Shown here one piece after another: positions 1 to 11,646 of a stretch of DNA of 28,334 nt. The stretch spans positions 52,592,401-52,620,734 of the forward strand of contig NC_057728.1 in NCBI RefSeq assembly GCF_004010195.1, given 5' to 3'. The notes beneath the pieces are model-generated. The model had not been told where the DNA came from, did not search any database, and saw only the letters and a program-made list of their open reading frames with translations. Position 1 is the stretch's first letter. Each line of letters opens with the position of its first letter. The position numbers were made by a program, and so were the translations under genes. Source of the DNA: Chiloscyllium plagiosum (taxonomy: Eukaryota).

Positions 1-68
1 TCGGCATGGATGGGTTGGACCAAAGGGTCTGTTTCCATGCTGTACATATCTATTACTCTATGACTCTA
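1..68 (+). mobile_element. 3' end of a CR1 LINE (subfamily A)
   Basis: 3'UTR ggaccaaagggtctgtttccatgctgtac followed by a ctatgactcta tail, matching the other CR1-A 3' ends in the window. Confidence 0.85.
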
Positions 69-1276
69 AGTAACAAAGAGGATTGATGAGGGCAGAGTGG
101 TAGATGTGATCTGTATGGACTTCAATAAGGCATTCGACAAGGTTCCTCATGGGAACCGATGAACAAGGTTAGATCTCATGGAATACAGGGAGAACTCAGC
201 ATTTGGATACAGAACTGGCTCAAAGGTAAAAGACAGAGGTTGGTGGTGGAGGGTTGTTTTTCAGACTGGAGGCCTGTAACCAGTGGAGTGCCACAAGGAT
301 CGGTGCTGGGTCCTCTACTTTTCATCATTTATATAAATGATTTGGATGTGAGCATAAGAGGTACAGTTAGTGAGTTTGCAGATGACACCAAAATTGGAGG
401 TGTAGTGGGCAGCGAAGAGGGTTACCTCAGATTACAACAGGATCTTGATCGGATGGATCAATGGGCTGAGAAGTGGCAGATGGAGTTTAATTCAGATAAA
501 AGCGAGGTGCTGTATTTTGGGAAAGCAACTCTTAGCAGGACTTATACATTTAATGGTAATGTCCTAGGGAGTGTTACTGAAGAAAGAGACCTTGGAGTGC
601 AGGTTCATAGCTCCTTGAAAGTGGAGTCGCAGGTAGATAGGATAGTGAAGAAGGTGTTTGGTACACTTTCCTTTATTGGTCAGAATATTGAGTACAGGAG
701 TTGGGAGGTCATGTTGCGCTGTATAGGACATTGGTTAGGCCACTGTTGGAATATTGCGTGCAATTCTGGTCTCCTTCCTATCGGAAAGATATTGTGAAAC
801 TTGAAAGGGTTCAGAAAAGATTTACAAGGATGTTGCCAGGGTTGGAGAATTTGAGCTATAGGTTGAATAGGTTGGAGGCTGAGGGGTGACCTTATAGAGG
901 TTTATAAAATCATGAGGGGCATAGATCGGATAAATAGACAAAGTCTTTTCCCTGGGGTTGGGGAGTCCAGAACTAGAGGGCAAAGGTTTTGGGTGAGGGG
1001 GAAAGATATAAAAGAGACCTTAGAAGCAACCTTTTTCACTCAGAGTGTGGTACGTGTATGGAATGAGCTGCCAGAGGAAGTGGTGGAGGCTAATACAATT
1101 GCAACATTTAAAAGGCATCTGGATAGGTATGTGAATAAGAAGGATTTGGAAGGATATGGCCCAGGTACTGGCAGGTGGGACTAGATTGGGTTGGGATATC
1201 TGGTTGGCATGGACGGGTTAGACTGAAGGGTCTGTTTCCATGCTGTACATCTCTATGAATCTATGACTCTATGACT
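69..1276 (+). mobile_element. 5'-truncated CR1 LINE (subfamily A), decayed RT ORF2 C-terminus plus 3'UTR
   Basis: Translated motifs [43 protein letters not shown]; frameshifts; (ctatgact)n tail at ~1252-1276. Confidence 0.95.
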
Positions 1277-1985
1277 TCAGAAAGAAAGGTGGTGAGCGTG
1301 GCCCACCCCATCTACATCAATGGAGCTGAGGTTGAGAGGGTGGAGAGTGTCAAGCTCCTCAGAGTGATGATAACTGTCCTGGACTTCCCACGTAGATACA
1401 ACAATCAAGAAGACACAACAATGTCTGTTCTTTCTCAGGCTGCTTAGGAAATTTGGCATGCCCATAAGGACCCTCATTAACTTCTACAGATGCACCATTG
1501 AAAGCATTGTCTGGTAAAAGTATAATGGCCTGGTGCGGCGACTACTCTGCCCAGGACCATAAGAAACTACAGAAGGTTGTGTGCACAGCGCAGAGCATCA
1601 CAGTAGCCAACCTTTCATTCATGGACTCTATTTATATGGCCTGCTGCCGTGGAAAGGCAGCCAAAATGGCATCCCAGTAATGATATCCTACAACCCCTTC
1701 TGCCAGGCAGAAGATACAGAAGCCTGAACACACGCACGAGTAGGTTCACGGATAGCTTCTTCCCGGCTGTAATTAGATTGATGAATGGACTTTCAAGTCT
1801 CAAAAAAATGCTGATCTTGCTAATGCTGACCTCACCTAGCACACAGCCTGCACAATGTCATCTGTATGCCTCTGTCTAAGTCTTTTTGATCTGAACATCC
1901 TTACGTACTAATGATCTGGCTGTACTGCTCGTAAACAAAGCTTTTCACTGTATTTCAGTACGTGACAATAAATATCTCAACCAAT
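1273..1985 (+). mobile_element. Rex1/Babar-like LINE 3' fragment
   Basis: DFRK..YINGAEVERVESVKLL and LLPGRRYRSLNTRTSRFTDSFFPAVIRLMN; 3'UTR ends in acaataaa; homologous to 4978-5850 and 22080-24455. Confidence 0.8.
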
Positions 1986-2334
1986 TAAAGGCAATTTCTA
2001 AATGCAAATCTTTATTGCCGTAACTATTAACAAATGTCAGTGAGCATTCCAGAGCAGATAGTTGGTGAGGTGAAAATGTCTTTGAGAAGCTCCAAATGTC
2101 TCCGTCTTGTGATAGACTATGATATTTTCACAGCCTCTTAATGCACAAAGAATTGGTACCAGAAAATTGTGGATATGCACATCAGGAAACATATGAGGAA
2201 GGGTTGGATAGACTGGGTTCTCAACACCCATGGACCTCTTAGAGGTAGATGAGTATATAAGATGTTGAGGGGCATAGATAGGGTTGATATGAAGGCACCT
2301 TTTCAATTAGTAGAGGGGTCAATATCCAGGATGA

Positions 2335-2539
2335 GATTGTAGTGCTGGAAAAGTACAGCAGTTCAGGCAGCATCCAATGAGCAGGAGAATCAGCATTTCG
2401 GACATAAGCCATTCCTGATGAAGGGTTTATGCCCGAAACGTCAATTCTCCTGCTTCTCGGATGCTGCCTGACCTGCTGTGCTTTCCCAGCACCACAGTCT
2501 CAACTCTGATCTACAGCATCTGCAGTCCTTGCTTTCTCC
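2335..2539 (+). mobile_element. Non-autonomous fold-back Penelope-like element with TSD
   Basis: Inverted arms ~2333-2413 and ~2419-2501 plus a ~38-nt tail; flanked by tcaatatccaggatga (2319-2334) and tcaatacccaggatga (2540-2555). Confidence 0.85.
2411..2446 (+). ncRNA. Minimal hammerhead ribozyme motif (PLE type)
   Basis: CTGATGA-A-GGGT-TTAT-GCCC-GAAA-CGTC at 2415-2442; stem I is weak. Confidence 0.7.
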
Positions 2540-2976
2540 TCAATACCCAGGATGAATAAATTTAAGGTAAGGGGTAGGAGACGAGGAGGAGAGTTGAATA
2601 GAGTATTTTTTCACTCAGATGGTAGTGTAAGTCTTGAATTCAATGCCTGAAATCAGAAGGTCTGATAATATTTAAGCAGTGTTTAGACATTTCCTTACTT
2701 TGTCATAGCCTGCAAGACGATGGACCAAAAACTGGAAAGTGGGATTAGTGTCGTCAAATCTCAGTTGACTGGCATGGACTCAATGAGCTGAATGGCCACC
2801 TTCAGAGCAGTAAATGTCTATAAATCTATTGGAAAGGTGGGGCCACTTTTCTCTTGGGAGAAGAAGGTGACCTAACTAAGGTCATTAAATTCTGACAGGT
2901 TTTGATGGACACAGAACATTTCTGCTTGTAGGGAAGGGGATAACAGACCCTATCGTTATAAGATAGTCACCAAAAA

Positions 2977-3082
2977 ACTCCAAAAGCTTGTGATTTCAAA
3001 TAAACCTGTTGGACTATAACCTGGTGGTGTCTGACGTCGGACGTTGTCCACCTCAGTCCAACATAGGCACCTCCACATCATG
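2977..3082 (+). mobile_element. PLE 3'-terminal fragment (same family as the 11.6-kb hairpin)
   Basis: aataaacctgttggactataacctggt...cagtccaac...ctccacatc matches 11790-11871. Confidence 0.75.
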
Positions 3083-3846
3083 AGTTTTCTTAGCTGAAGA
3101 GCACTTTGAACTGTCCAAGGCTTGGGTAAATGCAAGAAAATGGAACAGCAGACTTTCCATCTCTGAAGGTACTCCTTTTAATTTGGTCTCCTCTGCGTTG
3201 TGGAGAGCAAACCTGTTACGCACACACAGATCCCAGTGTCATCTTGGCACAGATCCAAGGCATCAGATGTACAACAAGTTACATTCGTGTTTGACTATTA
3301 CTGTTTTGAAGCTGCTTTGTCACACTTGTCTACTTTCCCTTGAAGTTACATCCAAAATAACTTGGCAACAGTTCCTGTGAAGACAGCACGCAAAGGCAGC
3401 AGATCTGAGAAACATAATGCAAGGTGGAGACTTTCTGAAGTTTGTGCCAAAGATTATAGTGTAATCTCGCATGCCTTTTTTTTTGTTGGTATGTTCAGGT
3501 GAGCTTTCCAAACAGGTCTCAGTTATCCGTACAGCTACCAATCTCGGTGCAGGCTTGTTGGAGGGTGACTGAGAGGGCAAGGGTGAAAGCATATCCTTAT
3601 TTGGACAATGCGTATAGTTTTCAAAGTAATGACCATTCCTTTTCGTACATTATGTGCACTGTTGTATAAAACCTGGGTCTATTCCTTCAAATTAATATTG
3701 ATGGTGGATTTTCAAAATGGAAAAATATTCTGTCCCTGAGTAAGCTGCATTTCATGGTTGCTACACGAAGGAAGACAATAATCCAAGTCTTTAAATAACC
3801 AGAAGTATTAATGCTGGAAAGTAAGAGAGAAAGGACTTACATTTTG

Positions 3847-4175
3847 GGAGCATGATGACTCAGTGGTTAGCACTGCTTCCTCATAGCATCAGGGACCCGG
3901 GTTTGATTCCAGCCCTGAGTGAATGTCCATGTGCACATTCTCCCTGTGTCTGTGCCGGTTTGCTCCGGTTTCCTCCCACAGTGCAGAGATGTACAGGATA
4001 GGCAGCTTGGCTGTGGTAAATTCCAGTGTCCTGGAATGTGCAGGTTAGGTGGATTGCACATAGGTTATAGGGTAGGAGAGTGGGTCTGGGCGGACTACTT
4101 TTTGGAGGGTCAGTATGGACTCAGTGGCCTGACTGGCTTGCCTCCACACTGTATTCTTCTAAAATTTCTGTAATT
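3847..4175 (+). mobile_element. HE1/V-SINE-type tRNA-derived SINE (diverged)
   Basis: cagtggttagcactgc A box, ggtttgattcc B box, core ttctccctgtgtctg...ccggtttcctccca. Confidence 0.85.
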
Positions 4176-4204
4176 CTTTCTATAATCACTTTCTTTTATT
4201 GGAA

Positions 4205-4425
4205 CTAGGGGGACACAGTTTTACAGTATGGAGTTGCCCATTTAAGAAAAGGATGAGGAGAATACTTTTCTCTCAGAGGTTTGTGAGATTCAAAGGGATT
4301 TGCCAAGGGATTCAAAGGTAGGCAGGAATGGGGAGCTGGGGGCCACAAACAGATAATTTTATTGAATGGCATAGCAGGGTTGAAGGGGCCAAATGTCCTA
4401 CACTTGCTCCTAATTTGTATGTTAG
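4205..4425 (+). mobile_element. Old CR1-like 3' end
   Basis: ttctctcagaggtttgtg...ttgaaggggccaaatgtcctac...gctcctaat; homologous to the reverse complement of 24555-24828. Confidence 0.55.
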
Positions 4426-4444
4426 TATGATCTAATTGCACGGA

Positions 4445-4682
4445 AAAGTGCTTTGCAGCCAATACAGTAGTAATCACTGTTGTAATATAGGAAAGGCGTG
4501 GCACTTTTAATGACCATCAGAGAGGACAGACAGTGCCTGGTTAGATGTCTGATCACCTCTGACAGTGCAGCACTCCCTCAGTTCCAGCAGCGGAGTCTCA
4601 GCTTAGATTATGAGTTCAAAGTCACAAGATGGGACTGGAACCTACAACCTTCAGTTTCCGAGATGGGAGTGATTCTGGGTGA
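4445..4682 (-). mobile_element. DeuSINE/SacSINE1-like SINE relic with internal deletion
   Basis: Minus strand reads ggttgtaggttccagtccca (B-box-like), gagggagtgctgcactgtcagaggtg, ggtcattaaaa, tttcctatattacaacagtga. Confidence 0.6.
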
Positions 4683-4734
4683 AAGTTAGAGAGTACAACG
4701 AACCATCCATTGAACAAGGACCATGTGTAATATG

Positions 4735-4977
4735 AACTCACCATGGCCCCTTCCTCATCATCTTCCAAACCCATGATCACTACTACCGTGAAGGAGAAGG
4801 ACAGTAGATACATGGGAACATCACTCCCCTCCAAGCCACTCACTATCCTGACTTGGAAATATGTTGTTGTTCCTTCCGTGTCAGAATCCTGATTCTTTCT
4901 TCCAAACAGCGGGCTTATAACAACACTGCAGTGGCTCAAGAATCAGCTCACCAATGCCTTCTCCAGGGCAACTAGGG
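4735..4977 (+). mobile_element. Old LINE 3' end, interrupted by the Rex-like element and resuming at ~5850-5880
   Basis: catcctgacttggaaat...agggcaactaggga|...aataaatactggcc; similar tails at ~6150-6192 and ~7115-7190. Confidence 0.6.
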
Positions 4978-5850
4978 AATTGAATTTATTGTCAAGTGTA
5001 CCGAGGCACAGTGAAAAGCTTTGTTTTGCAAGTAATACAGGCAGATCATAGAGTTAAGTAGCATAGATAAATAAATAATAGGTAAACAGCGGCAAAAACA
5101 AAAACACAGGTACAGGCGAATGTTAAGAGTTTGTGAGTCCATTCAGTATTCTAACAACAATTGGGTAGAAACTGTTTTGAAACCGGCTGATCCATGTGTT
5201 CAGGCTTCTGTACCTTCTCCCTGATGGTAGAGGTTGTAGAAAAATATTGCCAGGGTGGGATGGATCTTTGAGATTGCTGGTGGCTTTTCCTTGGCAGCGG
5301 GCCTGATAGATGGATTCTATAGATGGGAGGTTGGCCTTTGTGATTGTCTGGGCCGAGTTCACCACTCTCTGTAACCGTCTCTGATCTTGAATGGTACAGT
5401 TGCCATACCAGGGAGTGATTCATCCAGACAGAATGCACTCGATGGTGCACCTATAAAAGTTGGTAAGGGTATTTGCCGTCAAGTCAAATTTCCTCGGCTG
5501 CCTGAGGAAGAAGAGACGTTGTTGTGCCTTTGTAACGAGTGTGTCCACATGAAGAGTCCAAGAATGCTTGTTATAGATGACCACTCCCAGGAGCTTGACA
5601 CTCTCCACTCGTTCCACCTCTGTGCTGTTCATGTGTAGGGGAGCATGAGTAACATCCCACCGAAGGTCAATAATGAGTTTTGCCAGCATTGAGAGCTAGG
5701 TTGTTCTCAGTGCACTATTTTCTCCGGTCTTCCACCTCCCGTCTGTAGTCTGTTTCGTCGCCATCTGAGATTCGATCGACTGTGGTGGTGTTATCAGTGA
5801 ACTTGTAAATGGCATTAGTCTGGTATTTGGCAACACAGTCATGGTACATG
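4978..5850 (-). mobile_element. Rex1/Babar-like LINE, 5'-truncated
   Basis: Minus strand: HDCVAKYQTNAIYKFTDNTT (degenerate FADD), EVERVESVKLLGV, KAQQRLFFLR, LPSGRRYRS; 3' end acaataaattcaattc. Confidence 0.85.
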
Positions 5851-6244
5851 GGAATGACAATAAATACTGGCCTTGTTAGTAGTACACAGACATTTCATTT
5901 ATTTTAATTTTGTTAAACAGAAATTTTTTTGAAAATCAAGAAACTACTGGGTCGGAGATAGGAGTGTAACCACGAAACCAAGGCTTGTGCAGAAAACAGA
6001 TTGACACTAACATAATCTTTATCATCTTCGAAGTTTAACGAAATAGATCCTCCAACATAGCCCAGTATTAATGGTCAAGTAACCTGAGCAATAAATCTGA
6101 ATTTCATTTTCACTCCCTTCTTAATATCACTTCTCTAAACTGCATCACCACCACTTCAGGGGCAATTAGGGATGGGTAAAAATTGCTGGCCCCAGTGAGT
6201 TCCAGCATTGTCTCCAGCAACAATGCATCTGTCCTCTTAAACGT

Positions 6245-6890
6245 GAAGGTGGGTAGCCTGAAGTCATGTCAACCTCTTTCTTAATATTCATTCCTGGGAC
6301 ATGGCCAACACTGGCTAGGCCAGCCTTTATTGCCCTGCTTGCTGTTAAGAGTCAACCACATGGAGGCCAAACCATAAAGGTCATAGGATCCCTACACTGC
6401 GGAAATAGTCCATTCAGCCCAACAAGTCCACACCAGCCCTCCAAAAAGCATCTCACCCAGACCCATTCCCCCTGACTAATGCACCTGACCTACATCCCTG
6501 AACACTATGCGCAATTTAGCATGGCCAATTTGCCAGACCTGCACATTTTAGAATGTAGGAGGAAACTCATGCAGACCCAGGAGAATGTGCAAACTCCACA
6601 CAAATAGTTGTCCAAGGCTGGACTCAAACCCTTGTCCCTGGCACTGTGAGGCAGCAGTGCTAACCACTGAGCTACTGTGCTCCCTAGGTTAGGATGACAG
6701 TTTCCTTCCCTAAAAGGCATTAATGAATTGGGTGATTTTTCCCCAACAGCAATTGCATTAGACTCTTAATTTCAAATTTTTATTGGATTCATCAACCATG
6801 GCAGGAGCTGAACCTATGACCCCAGAACATGACCTGGGATGGTGGATTAATGGCCTAGCAAATAATGCCACTAGACCATCACCTCCTCTT
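6245..6890 (-). mobile_element. Old LINE/SINE 3' relic split by an HE1-type SINE
   Basis: ctggctaggccagcctttattgccc...gttaagagtcaaccaca is the reverse complement of the tail type seen at 10740-10850. Confidence 0.5.
6380..6685 (-). mobile_element. HE1/V-SINE-type SINE
   Basis: Reverse complement of the SINE at 19951: ctgtgaggcagcagtgctaaccactgagc head, aatttagcatggccaat core. Confidence 0.88.
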
Positions 6891-7044
6891 CCTCAATGCA
6901 TGGAAGATTGCATGGATTGGATTGGTTGGTGTGGAGCCTGCTCACTCCATTCCCACACCAGAAGGAAAGTCAATGACCAGCTGACAGACTGAGAAGCTGC
7001 CTGCCTTGCAATCCTGATGCACTGCAGGCAGGATACATTGATGG

Positions 7045-7045
7045 T

Positions 7046-7089
<44 letters not shown>
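7045..7089. repeat. (TG)n microsatellite running into (CG)3
   Basis: gtgtgtgtttgtgtgtgt...gtgcgcgcgtgt. Confidence 0.95.
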
Positions 7090-7212
7090 CAACCTGCATC
7101 AGATGAACTGCAGCACTTCAAGAAGTCAGCTTATGACCCCCATCTCCAGGACAACTAGGGAAGGACAATAAATGCTGTCCCAGCCAGCAATACTTGCAAA
7201 CTATGCATGATT

Positions 7213-7337
7213 GGGATAGTACAGTGGCTCAGTGTTAGCACTGCTGCCTCACAGCACTTGGGACCCAGGTTCAATTCTACCCTCAGGCGACTGTCTGTGT
7301 GGTGTTTTCACATTCTCCCTGTGCCTGCATGGGATTC
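7213..7337 (+). mobile_element. HE1-type SINE, 5' half (3' half at 9757-9877)
   Basis: gtggctcagtgttagcactgctgcctcacag, ggttcaattc B box; breaks at gcatgggattc. Confidence 0.85.
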
Positions 7338-9756
7338 ATAGAGTCATAGAGATGTACAGCATAGAAACAGACTTTTAGGTCCAACCTGTTCATACCAACC
7401 AGATTCCCAAGCCAATCTCATCCCACCTGCCAGCACCTGGCCCATATCCCTCCAAACCCTTCCTATTCATATACACATCCAAATGCCTCTTAAATGTTGC
7501 AATTGTACCAGCCTCCACCACTTCCTCTGGCAGCTCATTCCATACACATACCACCCTCTGTGTGAAAACGTTGCCCCTTAGGTCTCTTTTATATCTTTCC
7601 CTTCTCACCCTAAACCTATGCCCTCTAGTTCTGGACTCACCAACCTCAGGAAAAACGCTTTGCCTATTTACCCTATCCATGCCCCTCATAATTTTGTAAA
7701 CCTCTATAAGGTCACCCCTCAGCCTCTGACGCTCCAGGGAAAGCTGCACCAGCCTGTTCAGCCTCTCCCAGTGGCTCAGATGCTCCAACCCTGGCAACAT
7801 CCTTGTAAATCTTTTCTGAACCCTTTCAAGTTTCACAACATCTTTCCGATAGGAAGGAGACCAGAATTGCATGCAATATTCCAACAGTGGCCTAACCAAT
7901 GTCCTGTACAGCCGCAACATGACCTCCCAACTCCTGTACTCAATACTCTGACCAGTAAAGGAAAGCATACCAAAAGCCTTCTTCACTATCCTATCTACCT
8001 GCGACTCCACTTTCAAGGAGCTATAAACCTCACTCCAAGGTCTTTTTGTTCAGCAACACTCCCCAGGATCTTATCATTAAGTGTATAAGTCCTGCTAAGA
8101 TATGCTTTCCCAAAATGCAGCACTTCACATTTATCTGAATTAAACTCCATCTGCCACTTCTCAGCCCATTGGCCCATCTGATCAAGATCCTGTTGTAATC
8201 TGAGATAACCCTCTTCGCTGCCCACTACACCTCCAATTTTGGTGTCATCTGCAAACTTACTAACTGTACCTCTTATGCTCGCATCCAAATCATTTATTTA
8301 AATGACAAAAAGTAGAGGACCCAGCACCAATCCTTGTGGCACTCCACTGGTCACAGGCCTCCAGTCTGAAAAACAACCCTCCACTACCACCCTCTGTCTT
8401 CTACCTTTGAGCCAGTTTTGTATCCAAATGGCTAGTTCTCCCTGTATTCCGTGAGATCTAACCTTGCTAATCAGTCTTCCATGGAGAGCCTTGTCGAATG
8501 CCTTACTGAAGTCCATATAGATCACACCTACTGGTCTGCCCTCATCAATTCTCTTTGTTACTTCCTCAAAAAATTCAATCGAGTTTGTGAGACATGATTT
8601 CCCACGCACAAAGCCATGTTGACTATTCCGAATCAGTCCTTGCCTTTCCAAATACACGTACATCCTGTCCCTCAAGATTCCCTCCAACAACTTACCCACC
8701 ACTGACGTCAGGCTCACTGGTCTATAGTTCCCTGGCTTGTCCTTACCACCCTTCTTAAACAGTGGCAACATGTTAGCCAACCTCCAGTCTTCCAGCACCT
8801 CACCTGTGACTATCTATGATACAAATATCTCAGCAAGAGGCCCAGCAATCACGTCTCTAGCGTCCCACAGAGTTCTCGGGTACACCTGACCAGGTCCTGG
8901 GGATGTATCCACCTTTACCCGTTTCAAGACATCCAGCACTTCCTCCTTGCTATTATGGACATTTTGCAAGATGTCACCATCTATTTCCCCTCAGTCTATA
9001 TGTTCCATATCCTTTTCCACAGTAAATACTGATGCAAAATACTCATTTAGTATCTCCCCCATTTTCTGTGGCTCCACACAAGGCCACCTTGCTGATCTTT
9101 GAAGGGCCCTTTTTTCTCCCTAGTTACCCTTTTGTCCTTAATGTATTTGTAAAACCTCTTTGGGTTCTCCTTAATTCTATTTGCCAAAGGTATCTCATGT
9201 CCCATTTTTGCCCTCCTGATTTCCCTCTTAAGTATACTCCTACTTTCTTTATACTCTTCTAAGGATTCACTCGATCTATCCTGTCTTTCCCTGACATATG
9301 ATTCCTTCTTTTTCTTAGCCAAACCCTCAATTTCTTTCGTCATCCAGCATTCCCTATACCTACTAGCCTTTCCTTTCACCCTAACAGAAATATACTGTCT
9401 CTGGACACTCGTTATCTCATTTCTGAAGGCTTCCCATTTTCCAGCCGTCCCTTTACCTGCGAACATCGGCCCCCAATCTGCTTTCGAAAGTTCTTGCCTA
9501 ATACCGTCAAAATCAGCCTTTCTCCAATTTAGAACTTCAACTTTTAGATCTGATCTATCCCTTTCCATCATTATTTTAAATTTAATAGAATTATTGTCGT
9601 TGGCCCCAAAGTGCTACCCCACTGACACCCTCAGTCACCTGCCCTGCCTTATTTCCCAAGAGCAGGTCACGTTTTGCACCTTCTCTAGTAGGTACATCCA
9701 CATACTGAATCAGAAAATTGTCTTGTGCACACTTAACAAATTCCTCTCCATCGAAA
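7336..9756 (-). mobile_element. CR1 LINE (subfamily A), ~2.4-kb 5'-truncated ORF2 (endonuclease end, linker, RT) plus 3'UTR
   Basis: PTREGAKRDLLLGN, WRKADFDGIR, PGNYRPVSLTSVVGK, QHGFVRGKSC, DFSKAFD, FADDTK; tail at 7336-7351; frameshifted. Confidence 0.96.
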
Positions 9757-9877
9757 CTCCTGGTGCTCTGGCTTCCTCCCACAATCCACAGATGGACAGG
9801 TGTGGACTGGCCATGCTAAATTGCCCATAGTGTCCAGTATGGTGCAGACTAGATGGGTTAGCCATGGGAAATGCAGT
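9757..9877 (+). mobile_element. HE1-type SINE, 3' half
   Basis: ctcctggtgctctggcttcctccca...ggccatgctaaattgccc continues the SINE sequence broken at 7337. Confidence 0.8.
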
Positions 9878-9893
9878 CCGACATGCTGAGGAT

Positions 9894-11150
9894 TTCCAGC
9901 ATCCACAGTATTTTGCTTTTATGCCATGGAATTAGATCATTCAATCAGAGAATTATGTAGTATAGGAGAGGTCATTTGGCTCATCAAGCTTGTAACATCC
10001 ATCTTAGTTAATCAGTGTCTTAATTATATCTGCCTGCCATGGTTCTGTAGTCCTTAGTATAATTGAATAAAAACAATTGATCAGTCTCAGCTTTTATATT
10101 CTGACTTCAACATGAGCCTCAGCAGGATTTTAACAGACAGTTCTAGATGTCCACCTTCCTTTGCGAGGTGCGGTCTTACCAAGCGTGTTCCTTCTGTTTC
10201 ACCTGCACTCAACTGAATGAAGCTACTAATGTTCATAGGCAAGGACCTATGCTCCACCTGCAAAAAGGACAACTTTCTTTTGAATTATATCAATGCACTG
10301 GGGGCAATAGCTCCCCTGGTGCACTCTCAATGGTGATACCTCAACAAATTAGAGTTGACTTGCCAACCAATCAGTCCACTGTTACCTTTGAGATTTACTA
10401 TCCTTGTGATTTTGTTCTGGTTATCAATATGAAAATCTTCAAAAACAAGTCTCTTTTTTTCAGACACAATGTCAGGATGACTAATTTACTATATTGAAAG
10501 GGTTCCAGAATGAAATCTAAACAGTAGTCAAATTTCAGCACATCAAAGCTATGTTTACAATGACTGCCAGCACTCAGTGCAGCCACAATGCTTCTGTGCT
10601 TTAAGATTAGACTTTGACTTGCTTGCCCCTTTCAGGTTAATCTTTCTGGAAAAGAAGGAGTTGGCAGGTGACGTTGGAAGTCTTTTGAAAATTATCCTTG
10701 TTTTCCTCTGCATTACCTCCTTCCACCCTTTGTGGAACTAAATGTGACTCCAGACCCAGAGCAATGTGGTTGACTCCTAACTGCCTTCTGGGCAATTATA
10801 GCTGACCTAGCCAGAGACAATCGCATTCCATGAAGGAATAAAAAAAGTTTCCCTCCTTTCCCCACTCTTCCACATCCTCTCTGCCTTTTTGGAGCTTCAG
10901 TGAAGGAAAGAGATAATGCTGAAGTGATCGCAGAATTTAGCAGAATATAAAAGCTGAGATTGATCAATTGTTTTTATTCAATTATACTAAGGACTACAGA
11001 ACCATGGCTGGCAGATATAATTAAGTCACTGATCAACTAAGATGGATGGTACAAGCTTGATGGGCCAAACGACCTCTTCTATACTATATGATTCTCTGAT
11101 TCAATGATCTAATTCCATGGCATAAAAGCAAAATACTGTGGATGCTGGAA
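9894..11150. repeat. Long inverted repeat, arms 9894-10103 and 10941-11150
   Basis: 210-bp arms align as reverse complements with ~11 mismatches by manual count; spacer ~840 bp. Confidence 0.93.
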
Positions 11151-11646
11151 TATTTGGCTTCCACCTTCTGCTACACCATGCGCCTCTCTACAAAGTGAAC
11201 ACCCAGAAGAGGGAGCTGTGGAAAACTAACATTAATCAACATCCTGGAGCAGGATTCACCACTTTCCCAGGCGCTTAAAACAACAAATACTTCACTTGAC
11301 TCTGGGTAGACTTTTCTTGAAAGCTCCTTAACTCATTTTGAGTAATGCCCACAAGGTACATTACTCAAAAAAAAAACTAAATCCTTTCCTGGGAATTTGT
11401 TCATAGGAATTAAAAATGACTAATAGTTGGAAATTGAGCCAGCCACACAATCGTAAAGTTGGGAACAGAATGCAGTACCTTATTACCACAAGACATGGCT
11501 TTAGCCTCATGATTCGAGGTTGAATTTATGCAGTATCCATTTTCCACTTGAGTACTTGGGTATCAGTTAATACACAAACATATATTTCTGTACAAAGTTA
11601 AAAATCACACAACACCAGGTTATAGTCCAACAGGTTTATTTGGAAG

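Larger units (their letters stand above)
2230..2830 (+). mobile_element. Old degraded CR1-like 3' fragment, interrupted by the PLE hairpin
   Basis: tataagatgttgaggggcatagataggg...tttaaggtaagggg...ttttcactcag resembles the CR1 ORF2 end; ends in tctataaatcta. Confidence 0.6.

Noticed and set aside
5420..5689. ORF resembling the so-called ALKBH8 N-terminal/DUF1891 domain
   Set aside because: It is the C-terminal part of a Rex1/Babar-like RT, flanked by RT motifs and a LINE tail
4975..5855. gggaat as the TSD of the Rex-like element
   Set aside because: Only 6 bp and it overlaps the element's own tail repeat, so it is ambiguous
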